In this document: positions 30,873 through 39,968 of the stretch, piece by piece
How positions within the stretch are numbered: the first letter of the stretch is position 1
Layout: every line of letters starts with the position of its first letter
Assembly (NCBI GenBank): GCA_050951805.1
Contig: JBMNJT010000002.1
Span: forward strand, 480,001 to 544,000
DNA length: 64,000 nt
Direction of reading: 5' to 3'
From: Bacillota bacterium
GTDB taxonomy: Bacteria; Bacillota; DTU025
Position numbers and translations under genes: made by a program
The notes under the pieces: model-generated
Told to the model about the DNA's origin: nothing
The model's input: only the letters and a program-made list of their open reading frames with translations
The model's database searches: none

Positions 30873-30944
30873 AACTGGTTGAGGTTGAGCAGTCGGGACT
30901 TGGTGCAATTGTCTCACGCTAAGCACGACGCTCAACCCCTATCT

Positions 30945-31214
30945 TCAGAGCCGGTTCAATGTCCGATCCCGACTGCGAGCAACTTGTTGAGAGGCCGGGC
31001 GCATCAATCCCAGAACGCTGCCTGCTCTTTGGTCAAGAACATGGCCAATAGCTTCTTCGATCGCTTCATCCCAGGCAGACTTCGCAAAGAATGCCCAGTT
31101 CGCCCCGGCGCTGTTCCTCCGGGAAGATCTCCGCATCTCTTCGCAGGCTTCCGCCACGGTGCGTTCGACGGCATCGAGAAACTTCTTGTCCAATTGCAGC
31201 GTAAACTGGTTCAC
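30945..31214 (-). CDS. Small helical hypothetical protein (about 89 aa)
   Basis: GTG start 31214 follows an AAAGGTGG RBS; sigmaH-like promoter upstream. Confidence 0.5.
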   Translation of the reverse strand: MNQFTLQLDKKFLDAVERTVAEACEEMRRSSRRNSAGANWAFFAKSAWDEAIEEAIGHVLDQRAGSVLGLMRPASQQVARSRDRTLNRL

Positions 31215-31333
31215 GGATGTTCCACCTTTCTCTGTTGCAGCATGGAAATAGGCATTCGCATTATCCAAGGGCACGAGCTACAGGGAGCCGTAGGCTTCCG
31301 GCGACTGCGCTGCGCCCCGTTTCATCCCCATTA

Positions 31334-31363
31334 GAATTCTCTCAGCGGCTGTGAATGTCCTTC
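31334..31363 (-). promoter_or_regulatory. Candidate sigmaH promoter
   Basis: Minus strand reads gaAGGAcat-12 bp-agaGAATtc, matching the Bacillus sigmaH consensus. Confidence 0.45.
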
Positions 31364-31407
31364 TTGGATAATGGTAATTGCGCCGACTGCACGTGCATAT
31401 CTGTGTA

Positions 31408-31467
31408 TTGACAGAGAGGTGAAACAACCCTATCATTATGACTGACTAGTCAGTCATAATGATAGGG
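31408..31467 (+). promoter_or_regulatory. sigmaA promoter overlapped by a perfect 40-bp palindrome (TetR/FadR-type operator)
   Basis: TTGACA(31408)-17 bp-TATCAT(31431); CCCTATCATTATGACTGACT|AGTCAGTCATAATGATAGGG at 31428-31467. Confidence 0.85.
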
Positions 31468-31528
31468 CGGTTAACCAACGCAATGCTTCAAAACCCTGAC
31501 AAAGGGGTTACTAGGATGGAGTGAGATA

Positions 31529-33916
31529 ATGAGTTTCATTGCAGGATTCGTGTGCCGCCGACCGTGGGTTGTTATTGCCGCTGTAATCGCCATAACGTGC
31601 ATATCAATCCTAGGTACAATGCGCATCAGAGTCAGTTCCGGACTACGTGAGTTCTATGCGCAGACAGACCCGCAAATCAAATCGATGGACCTGATAGAAG
31701 AGACTTTCGGCGGATCCGAGTACATCATGATCGCCTTCCCTTCTGAACAGGTATTCACTGTAAGAGGCCTTCGGGCTTTGTCCGCACTCTCCGAGGGATT
31801 GGAGGAGATTGAAGGAATAGCAAGGGTGAGGTCGATTACCAACATCGCAGAGGTTACAGGTACGCCGTGGGGCCTGGAAGTCTCGCAGACACTCGAGGAC
31901 ATGCCTGAAACCGAGGAAGAGGCAGAAGCCTTTAGGGTGCGAATTGAAGAGAGCAGCGAAATATCGGGCGCCTTGCTTTCCGGAGATGGAGACCATGTCC
32001 TCACCCTTGTCGGGCTCAGTCCTGGGGCAGATGCCGGTCGGGTCGCCAAGTCGGTGCAGGAGGCTACTGGAAGATTGGCACCGGACTTTTCCCCTCATTA
32101 TGCCGGTGGGCCGGTTCTTGCCGGTGCTGCAGACGAATTCCTCAAGACAGACATAAAGAAGCTTCTTCCAGTGTGTACAATAGTGATCGTCGTCGTACTC
32201 TTTGCCAGCTTTCGCACTGTGGCAGGGGTTGTGTTGCCGCTTGCCACTGTGATGCTGAGCGTTGTATGGACCATGGGCCTCATGGGGTTTGCCGACATCC
32301 CGTTCACACAGATCACGTCAGCCCTTCCGGTGGTCCTTCTTGCCACAGGAAGCGCGTACGGAATACACATTATGCACAGATACTACGAAAACCACGCAAG
32401 TGGCGCCGACGGCAGTTCGGCTGCGAGTTCTGCTGTGGAATCGGTCGGTGTTGCTATTGTGCTGGCAGGCATTACCACGATTGCAGGCTACGGTTCTAAT
32501 GCCGCCAGCAGTGTTGTGAGGATTCGCGAATTCGGGCTTCTTGCAGGGTTCGGCGTGAGTGCCGGGTTGGTGATAGCATTAACTTTCGTTCCGGCAGTCC
32601 TGTCCATCTTTCGACCCGCCCCTCGCAAGGTTGCGCTGGAGGGGAGTGGGTGCCCTGGAGGCGGCTGTCCCCCTGTGGTCGCCCGAATAGGGCGATATGG
32701 CTCTACGGTAAACGATAGCAGCGATTGCGCTTCCAAAGAGCATCCAGTGGGGGCTGGAGAAGTTGAGCGGTCCTGGAGGGACTCATTGTTCGCAGCACTC
32801 AGCCGGTTGGTGGCACGCCGAGGGTGGGCAACCGGGCTGATTGCCGCAGCACTTGCGGTTTTTGCCCTTGCAGGTGTTGCCCGCATCCAGGTTGATACAA
32901 GCCCAGTCACATTCTTCCCATCCGACAGCGTCGAAAGGCGCGACTTCGATCTGATTCGATCGGAATTCGGCGGCGTTGACACTGTACAGATAATGGTTGG
33001 CGGCGATATCCTGGATCCCAAGACCTTGAGTGCAATCGAGCGTGTCCATGCAGAGTTTGAGTCGGTGGGCGGGTACGGCCGAGCTCTGTCAATCGTGAAC
33101 GTTCTCAAACAGGCATCCCGAGCGTTGCACGACAATGACAAGGCCTGGGAGAGGCTGCCTTCCACACGAAAAGAGGCTGCCCAATACGTGCTGTTGGTGT
33201 CGATGTCAGGAGATGTAGGGCTAGATGAAATGATCACCATCGACAATCGCAAGGCCAGGATTGAGGTGATGGCGGATACTGTAGATAACTCGACGAACAA
33301 AGCGAGTAGGCTCCAATCGGCGGTGGAGATTGTCAAGGCGAATCTGTCGGGAGTGTCGACTATTTCGAGCCTTTCCATAACCGGTATGCCATTTCTCGAG
33401 CAGAGCATGGGGGAGATGGTCATGTCGAGTCAGAAAATGAGTTTGTTGTTTGCGGCAATAGCCGTCGCGTTCATCGTCTACATGAGCTTCGGGCGGTCAT
33501 GGGATTCCTTCCTTTGCCTGCTTCCAGTGGCCCTTACCATTCTGGCGAATTTCGGAATGATGGGATGGGCTAAAATCTCTCTAAACCTGGCCACTGCCTT
33601 GGTGAGCTCTATTGCAGTGGGAATTGGAATCGACTATAGCGTACACGTCTATTCCCGTTTCAGGCAAGGGATCATGGAGGGGTATAGTCCTGAGGACGCT
33701 ATGCGCGCTACTATAGCCAATACAGGAAGGGCTGTTGCTCTGAACGCGTTAGCAGTTGCAGCAGGTTTTGCGGTCATGCTGCTATCCGAGTTTCCGCCCC
33801 TTCAGCAGTTCGGAGCTTTGATAGCCCTTACCATGGCGGTATCCGCGGGCGGAGCTTTGACGATCTTGCCCGCCAGCCTTCTAGCTGTTGCGCGGAGGCG
33901 CAGCTTAGCACCGTAA
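31529..33916 (+). CDS. MMPL/RND-superfamily (HAE3/HpnN-like) transporter
   Basis: Two repeats of TM, soluble domain and 5 TM; GSAYGIHI, GITT.AG and GIGIDYSVH. Confidence 0.9.
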   Translation: MSFIAGFVCRRPWVVIAAVIAITCISILGTMRIRVSSGLREFYAQTDPQIKSMDLIEETFGGSEYIMIAFPSEQVFTVRGLRALSALSEGLEEIEGIARVRSITNIAEVTGTPWGLEVSQTLEDMPETEEEAEAFRVRIEESSEISGALLSGDGDHVLTLVGLSPGADAGRVAKSVQEATGRLAPDFSPHYAGGPVLAGAADEFLKTDIKKLLPVCTIVIVVVLFASFRTVAGVVLPLATVMLSVVWTMGLMGFADIPFTQITSALPVVLLATGSAYGIHIMHRYYENHASGADGSSAASSAVESVGVAIVLAGITTIAGYGSNAASSVVRIREFGLLAGFGVSAGLVIALTFVPAVLSIFRPAPRKVALEGSGCPGGGCPPVVARIGRYGSTVNDSSDCASKEHPVGAGEVERSWRDSLFAALSRLVARRGWATGLIAAALAVFALAGVARIQVDTSPVTFFPSDSVERRDFDLIRSEFGGVDTVQIMVGGDILDPKTLSAIERVHAEFESVGGYGRALSIVNVLKQASRALHDNDKAWERLPSTRKEAAQYVLLVSMSGDVGLDEMITIDNRKARIEVMADTVDNSTNKASRLQSAVEIVKANLSGVSTISSLSITGMPFLEQSMGEMVMSSQKMSLLFAAIAVAFIVYMSFGRSWDSFLCLLPVALTILANFGMMGWAKISLNLATALVSSIAVGIGIDYSVHVYSRFRQGIMEGYSPEDAMRATIANTGRAVALNALAVAAGFAVMLLSEFPPLQQFGALIALTMAVSAGGALTILPASLLAVARRRSLAP

Positions 33917-33943
33917 GTCTGTTCTTTAAAGGAGGGCATTGAT

Positions 33944-34870
33944 TTGACATCCCAGAGTTTCCCCGGAATTGGCAGGAGTACTGTTCTCTCTAAACATGCG
34001 GCACGGTCCTCGCAGCGGGTTGACCTGTCCCGGCTGGGCATTTGCCGGGGCAAGGTGGGAGCCTTGTCCGGAATCGCAATCGTGCTTTTTGCGGCAGTAG
34101 CGTGCGCTGCTCTATTGTGTGCGGGGGCTGTCGCAGCGGCTGGCTTGCAGGTTAGAGGAGATCTTACGGCCAAGCAGATCCTGGACTCTATTGAAGGGAA
34201 GGGATCTCTTGCCGGCAATGGCCGCGCCGTGGTGGAGATGGTTGTTGAGAGGGGCAAGAGCCAGAAGTTGAACCGGGTAGAAGTGATGAGGTCGGATGAT
34301 GGCAACGGCACAATCAAGCAGCTTGTGGAGTTCCTAGCGCCCGCTGATGTGAGGGGGATGAAGTTTCTGAGCATTACGGCTCCCGGAGAAGAGGATCAGA
34401 TGTGGCTTTACCTCCCTGCGGTGGGCAGCGAAAGACGAATTGCAGGCAGTGCTGCATCAGGCAAATTCATGGGAACGGACTTCACCTTTGAGGAAATCTC
34501 TGCAAGCGCGAAAACGTGGGAGCCTTACAAGCCCGAGCGGATGCCGGATGAGACTGTGGATGGGCAGAAGTGCTATGTGCTACGGTTGATGCCAGAAAGC
34601 GGAAACTTGCCGTATGGAGCTGTAACGATCTGGATCTGGCAGGAGAATGTCTTGCCGCTGAGGATAGAGTTTTTCAACAATTCAAAGAAGCTCCAGAAAG
34701 TGATGACCTTTTCCGATCTGAAGAAGAACAAGAGCGGAGAATGGCAGCCGCATACCATAGTCCTTCAGGACATTTTGGGAGGTAGCCTAACTACCGTTCG
34801 GATACTCGAGATGGATGATAGGCCTGTGCCGGATGAGGTATTTACTTTGAGATATCTAAGGAAGAGGTGA
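33944..34870 (+). CDS. Outer-membrane lipoprotein-sorting (LolA-like) protein
   Basis: F.APADVRG.KFL, DQMWLYLPA...RRIA, FMGTDFTFEE and F..RYL; true start uncertain. Confidence 0.85.
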   Translation: MTSQSFPGIGRSTVLSKHAARSSQRVDLSRLGICRGKVGALSGIAIVLFAAVACAALLCAGAVAAAGLQVRGDLTAKQILDSIEGKGSLAGNGRAVVEMVVERGKSQKLNRVEVMRSDDGNGTIKQLVEFLAPADVRGMKFLSITAPGEEDQMWLYLPAVGSERRIAGSAASGKFMGTDFTFEEISASAKTWEPYKPERMPDETVDGQKCYVLRLMPESGNLPYGAVTIWIWQENVLPLRIEFFNNSKKLQKVMTFSDLKKNKSGEWQPHTIVLQDILGGSLTTVRILEMDDRPVPDEVFTLRYLRKR

Positions 34871-34941
34871 AGCTTGTGACCAGTGGGCTGTTGAGGCGTT
34901 GGGTGAAACAGGTTGAGAGAGTGTGACTTGCTGTTGGCGCG

Positions 34942-35325
34942 GTGAAGTGGATGACGGCTCTTTTGATAGCAGTGATCGGCTGCACGTGTGCCTCTTATGC
35001 GGCTTTGGCGTCGGAATGGGATCCGCCGGAGATAACCGGGAGTGCCGAGTGGCAGATTGACTATTTGCCAGGAGAACAAAAAGTTGCGGCAAACGGACTC
35101 AGTCTCAAAGTCAACCTTGATGGCTACTTCATTGATTCTATCGGGTATAACCTTGATTTTGGCGGACGGCTTGATATGCTCTCGTAGGGCGGAAGCTGCA
35201 TTGGGCCAAGCTTATATCGGTGCGCAGCCGGGGCCTTTCAATATGCGGGCTGGCAGATAGGTGGTCAGTTGGGAAACTGCGGACTTGATTAGTTCGACAG
35301 ACATGGTGAATTCCATTGACATTGC
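34942..35325 (+). pseudogene. Decayed outer-membrane beta-barrel (DUF1302-like) gene
   Basis: Signal peptide and beta-strands, a frameshift near 35185, then LGQAYIG..GPFNMRAGR*VVSWETAD..SSTDMVN, a degenerate GRQ.V.WG.AD..NPTD.N motif with a probable CAG>TAG change. Confidence 0.7.
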
Positions 35326-35607
35326 ATATGGCTCGGGATGGCGGGATGGAATGTAGGCATATGCGGCGTGTTTCATGATCGAGGAGATGCCCGAAAGGAT
35401 GCGTCGGGAGATTGGATTTGGAGAGGATAATAGATAGACTTCTTATAGGTCGTGGATGCGAGGTTTTCTGGAGTCACGTGGTTGGCTGTGCGGCTCGGGC
35501 AAGGTTAGCTGACATGTCGGTGGGTGGGCTATGGACATCAGCAGGGGTGTATAGCAGAGGGGTGTATGGTGGGTGAAGCATGGTTGCGCATGACAATTAA
35601 TGTAATA

Positions 35608-35883
35608 CAGCGAATGGTTCGTAGTGTTTTTTGCTACACTACGAATATTTCGTGGATACGATTACAGTTATAGGTAATGTGTGGAAAGTAATGTATATCG
35701 GGGCATGCCGAGGTCGAATTGACCCCGTTTCGGGGTCGGGTGGTTTCCATATCAGTCCAATAAGATACAGAGTATTCCATATTGCACCCAGATCAACCAG
35801 GGCGCTCTCACGTTATGTTAACTTATATTTTGGCCCTACGATTTTTTCGTAGCATAGGAAAAAACACTACGAGAAAATCGTAG
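35608..35883. repeat. Pair of inverted 48-bp repeats, each made of two CTACGA-N5-TCGTAG boxes 14 bp apart
   Basis: Boxes at 35608-35624 (degenerate), 35639-35655, 35836-35852 and 35867-35883; spacers TGTTTTTTGCTACA and, reverse-complemented, TGTTTTTTCCTATG. Confidence 0.85.
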
Positions 35884-36699
35884 GGTCAGTGGTAATCGAC
35901 CCACGCCTGATGAGCCGTTCACCAATTCGTCGCATAGTTGACGGGTCTGCCTCTATAACTGTAAGCGTCAAATAGCCATTCCCCGACTTCCCAGACCCCA
36001 GATGCGGATATGTTCGTCTGTAGACTATGGGGTTAGCTTCACACGAACTCAGACTCACACGAAAGATGAAGCCGAGGACCGCAAGCTTTATCCTCGGCGC
36101 ACTCTCAGTCGCAGCTTTCACTCTGCCTTTGAGTTTTGGCGAGATGACCCATATAGCTATCGTAGATCTGAGTAAGTTCGCTTACGTCGAGGCTGCGCTA
36201 TGCTTCGCATGACGCGTGCACCTTTGAGTCTGTCGGGTTTGTGGGTTTTGGCGGTAATGGGAGATAGAACCTCCGATCTTGTTGCTTTGCGCCCGACCGC
36301 CAGTGGCTGTGCTGCAGGCATCAGAATAAGCTTTTGACCAAGTCATAAGGGATGTCTCGGCGTCCCTTTTGAGCCATGGTTGTCCGGCCTTCGTTAGAGC
36401 AGCAGACTTTTCGGGAGATGTTTGGGCACACAGTGGCGAATCGCACATAGCATGCAGGCGTCTGCGGGCCGGTGGCGGAGCGCCCCTGCCGCTTTCGTAT
36501 GTTGCCGCAAAGAGAGCGTGCCGGTGTAAAGGTTCGGCTCTCTTTGTGCTATGCAACAAGGGAATGCCGTGTGGAAGGGGGAAATATAAAGATCGGGAAT
36601 AATCTAGAGTAACAATCGAACTGGCCATTGCCTATCCTGCAGTGTTCGAAAATCCGAATGGCGGGAGGATGCAGGCGGTGGTGAGGAGGGAGGCGCAGT

Positions 36700-37299
36700 A
36701 TGCACAACGATTATATGGTGCCCGTGGCTGACAAGCGCCAACTGATACTAGATGCTGCACAACATGTGTTTGCCGAAAAAGGCTTTCATACTTCCACAAT
36801 GGATGCGGTGGCCGAGGCTGCAGGTGTAGCCAAGGGCACTATCTACCTTTATTTCAAGGGAAAGAACGAACTCCTCATTGAGCTTGTTGATGACCGGACG
36901 CGACGGCTGACGGATATGATACTCAATGGCATCGCATCGGCTGAGGACGTGTTCGGAAAGGTTTTTGCTGTTATCGAGGCCCATTTCCAGTTCTACTCTA
37001 TTCATAGCGAGTTCATGCTGCTCTTTTCGGGGCAGCTAGGACTGCTTTCTCCAGAAATGGAAGAGCGATTAGTGACCGGCACAGCAGCGCTCATCAATAT
37101 GGTGTGCGGAGTGATAGAGGAGGGCATGGCTTTGGGCGTGATCAGTTCAAACGTGGATCCAATGAGAGCTTCCTTCGCTCTTGAAGGCATGATTCATTCG
37201 GTAGCATATCAGTGGCTTTCTGCAGGCAAGAGCGTTTCCGTAAGCGTTGTGAGCCACGAAGTGTATACGCTGTTCACCCACGGCATAGCTTGCCCCTGA
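36700..37299 (+). CDS. TetR/AcrR family regulator (FadR/YsiA-like)
   Basis: ILDAAQHVFAEKGF..TMDAVAEAAGVAKGTIYLYFKGK; GGAGG RBS. Confidence 0.92.
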   Translation: MHNDYMVPVADKRQLILDAAQHVFAEKGFHTSTMDAVAEAAGVAKGTIYLYFKGKNELLIELVDDRTRRLTDMILNGIASAEDVFGKVFAVIEAHFQFYSIHSEFMLLFSGQLGLLSPEMEERLVTGTAALINMVCGVIEEGMALGVISSNVDPMRASFALEGMIHSVAYQWLSAGKSVSVSVVSHEVYTLFTHGIACP

Positions 37300-37458
37300 G
37301 CATCGCATCGGCGCTTCACAGGCGATGTCGCTGCTTCGTCGAAAACGGGCTACAGGGGTGATCGTCCCACAGAGCGCCAAGAGGCGCCAACGCGTCCCCA
37401 AAGTGAGGGCTGCGAGGCGCCTTGCTGCTGGCATCGAAACATTGCCTCTCCGAGATTA

Positions 37459-38181
37459 TCACCTGGGGACTGGTGTAAGCGAGTACAGATCCCCACGCAT
37501 AATGAATCTCAGATAGTAAAAGGGCTCTTCTTCATCTTCTAGGATTATCCATCGCTCCATCTCAAGCACCTGAGGTTCTTTATCGAGGTTGAGCAGCTTT
37601 TTCTCTTCCGCTGTGGCTTTGCGGGCAGCGACTATCTGTTCGACCCGGGATATCGATATTCTCAATTCCTCAAGGAGGAGGCGGGATATGGATCCTGAGA
37701 GATCTTTCAGCTTGAGAAACTTGGCTGTGGAATCGTTGAAGAACGATTCTTCAATTGCCAAGGGAATGCCGTCTCCGTGCCTCACTCTCTTGACGTAAAG
37801 ACACTCCTTGGGCTCTTTCCATCTCAACAAACGAAGGAGTTCCTCGTCGGGAACTATGATGCTGTTCTCCACAACTTGGCTTTCGCTCGAAGCCCCCATA
37901 GACTCTACATTGTATGCGAAACTTATCAGGGGCTCGAAAGCCATAGATGGTTGCTGGCGCGCGACGAATGTTCCGCGGCCTCGCTGTTTCACAAGAAAGC
38001 CTTCATTGACCAGGCTGGAAATGGCGTTTCTCACCGTGGCACGACTGACTTCGTACTTCTCCATCAGCTCGTTCTCGGTAGGAATCTGCTCTCCCACTTT
38101 CCAAACTCCTTCAATCACGTTCCGCTTGATCCCATCCCTCAATTGGATGTAAAAAGGGACTGGGCTTAGTTTGTCTATCAT
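37459..38181 (-). CDS. GntR (HutC/UTRA) family regulator
   Basis: P.YIQL...I, IPTENEL..YEVSRATVR.A and RGRGTFV; UTRA-type C-terminus. Confidence 0.92.
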   Translation of the reverse strand: MIDKLSPVPFYIQLRDGIKRNVIEGVWKVGEQIPTENELMEKYEVSRATVRNAISSLVNEGFLVKQRGRGTFVARQQPSMAFEPLISFAYNVESMGASSESQVVENSIIVPDEELLRLLRWKEPKECLYVKRVRHGDGIPLAIEESFFNDSTAKFLKLKDLSGSISRLLLEELRISISRVEQIVAARKATAEEKKLLNLDKEPQVLEMERWIILEDEEEPFYYLRFIMRGDLYSLTPVPR

Positions 38182-38230
38182 GCACAACCCTCGCCATACT
38201 GCTCACTAGCCCCGAAGGGCACATAATGCC

Positions 38231-39952
38231 CTACTCAATCGGTCTGCGGAACGATTCTTCTAGATCGAGGGCCAGGGTTCCTCCAGGGTTCATGATGTTG
38301 TTTGGGTCAAAATGCCGCTTCAATGCTCTGAGCACGGCAACGTGGTTTTCACCCATTGCGTCTTGGTACCATGGCGCCAGCATCTTTCCGATCCCATGGT
38401 GATGGCTGAGCGCTCCGCCGTTGGCCCGTATGCTATCAATGATGCTGGCTTGGTAATCGAGGTATTCATCGATAGTCTCAAAACGTCCGATAAAAATGAA
38501 ATAGAGGTTCGTTCCTTGAGGGTAGAAGTGGGACGAGTGGCTCATTACTACCGTTTTCGGCCTGGCCTTGCAGACCTTTCTGGTCTCAGCCCACAAGGAT
38601 TCGATCTTATCCCATGCGACGGCGCATTCCAAAGTATCAATGATGATTCCATAATCATGGAGGTCCTCCCGCATGAAGGGATCGGTGAAACGGCCTTTTT
38701 CCCATGACTTGGCGACGTATCCCGTGGTATTCATCGCGCCGTATCTTTTCGCTATCCTGTTTATTTGCCTTTTTACGTTCTTGGCGAAATTCTCTTCACC
38801 CTCAGACATCCCCAGCATTAGGCAACGCTCCATACGCTTGTACCCACGAGCATCCATCATCTTATCGAGGATAGTGTCTTCTACTCCATACAGCTTTAAT
38901 GCCACATCAGTCTCTTCTGGGTCGGAGATCCGGAGCACCGATGGATATCCGAACCTGCTTTGCATCATTTCGCGGGATGCTGCGAGGCCATTGCTCCACG
39001 TTGGGAAGATGTAACTGAAACGCTGTGTTGTTTCCGGCGTATACCTGAATATCTTCAGGGTAACGGATACGAGAACCCCGTATGTGCCTTCGCTGCCTAT
39101 CATTATCTGGTCGATGGAAGGTCCAACCGCCGCTCTCGGGAACTCCTTTGTTTTTATATCTCCCGCAGGGGTGACATACTCCTGACAGAGGACGAGGTCT
39201 TCTATCTTGCCGTAATATGTTGAGTTCTGCCCTGCTCCCCGGGTCACAACTGAACCGCCGACGGTGGCGCCTATGAAGGACTGAGGCAGATAACCCGCGG
39301 TATAGCGCCTGGAGGCTCCGAAGAACTCGGGTGCCTTATTCAGTCGCGCTTCAAGGTCGGGAAGGTATATGCCAGGTTCTACTGTGATAGTGTGGTTTAC
39401 CTCATTGAGGGTGAGGATGCGGTTCATGTGCTTCGTGAGATCCAGAGATATTCCGCCATGTACGCATTCGGTGGCCCGCATGACTCCGCTCCCGCCACCC
39501 CGCGGATAGACTGCTATTTTATGCCTGTTGCAGTAGCCTATGATCTCCGACACATCCTGTTTGTGCCTGGGATATACGACGATATCCGGGAGGTTCTCGA
39601 CGATTCCTTCACGCAGACGTATGTTGTCGTAGATCATTTTGCCATATGAAGCTCTGAGTCGCGAGTAGTCGTCTGTCGCGACATTCTCCGTTCCGACGAT
39701 ACTTGTGATGGCTTTGAGGTGTTCGCCGGAGAGCGTTATCGGTACATCAAAACTGACCTCCTCAAGCCCTAAGTTGACCGGGGCGCGAAAATCCTCATCG
39801 GTCATCTCGAATACTTCCTTCATAAGCTCATAGAGATGAAGGTTTGGGTGCTTGTATTCATCGGCGCCTCCCCACTTGAATATCGATCTATATGACTTTG
39901 GAGGGATTGGCCCTTCATACCAATCAGGCTCGAACGGTTTCTTGTTGCTCAC
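38231..39952 (-). CDS. FAD-linked oxidoreductase, alkylglycerone-phosphate synthase (AGPS)-like
   Basis: PRGGGS, PQSF..ATVGG..TRGAGQNSTYYG.IEDL, GSEG.YG, DTLE.A, SHSSHFY..G.NLYF, SHHHGIG and NIMNPG. Confidence 0.85.
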   Translation of the reverse strand: MSNKKPFEPDWYEGPIPPKSYRSIFKWGGADEYKHPNLHLYELMKEVFEMTDEDFRAPVNLGLEEVSFDVPITLSGEHLKAITSIVGTENVATDDYSRLRASYGKMIYDNIRLREGIVENLPDIVVYPRHKQDVSEIIGYCNRHKIAVYPRGGGSGVMRATECVHGGISLDLTKHMNRILTLNEVNHTITVEPGIYLPDLEARLNKAPEFFGASRRYTAGYLPQSFIGATVGGSVVTRGAGQNSTYYGKIEDLVLCQEYVTPAGDIKTKEFPRAAVGPSIDQIMIGSEGTYGVLVSVTLKIFRYTPETTQRFSYIFPTWSNGLAASREMMQSRFGYPSVLRISDPEETDVALKLYGVEDTILDKMMDARGYKRMERCLMLGMSEGEENFAKNVKRQINRIAKRYGAMNTTGYVAKSWEKGRFTDPFMREDLHDYGIIIDTLECAVAWDKIESLWAETRKVCKARPKTVVMSHSSHFYPQGTNLYFIFIGRFETIDEYLDYQASIIDSIRANGGALSHHHGIGKMLAPWYQDAMGENHVAVLRALKRHFDPNNIMNPGGTLALDLEESFRRPIE

Positions 39953-39968
39953 AATTGATCACCTCTTC

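Noticed and set aside
31259-31373. TTATC...GATAA closing stem suggesting a SAM-I riboswitch
   Set aside because: It lacks the GAGGGA, GCAACC and GTGC core motifs; kept only as an inverted repeat.
32488-33423. 311-aa minus-strand ORF
   Set aside because: Antisense shadow of the MMPL gene with typical Ser/Thr/Ala-rich shadow composition.
35495-35520. GTCAGCTAACC on the minus strand, resembling the 3' part of the c-di-AMP (ydaO) riboswitch
   Set aside because: The upstream conserved elements (GCTGAAT, GGGGA, GGGGTGAAT) are absent.
35608-35883. CRISPR array interpretation of the repeated boxes
   Set aside because: The units are inverted, only 17 bp long, and separated by conserved 14-bp spacers rather than unique spacers of 30-40 bp.
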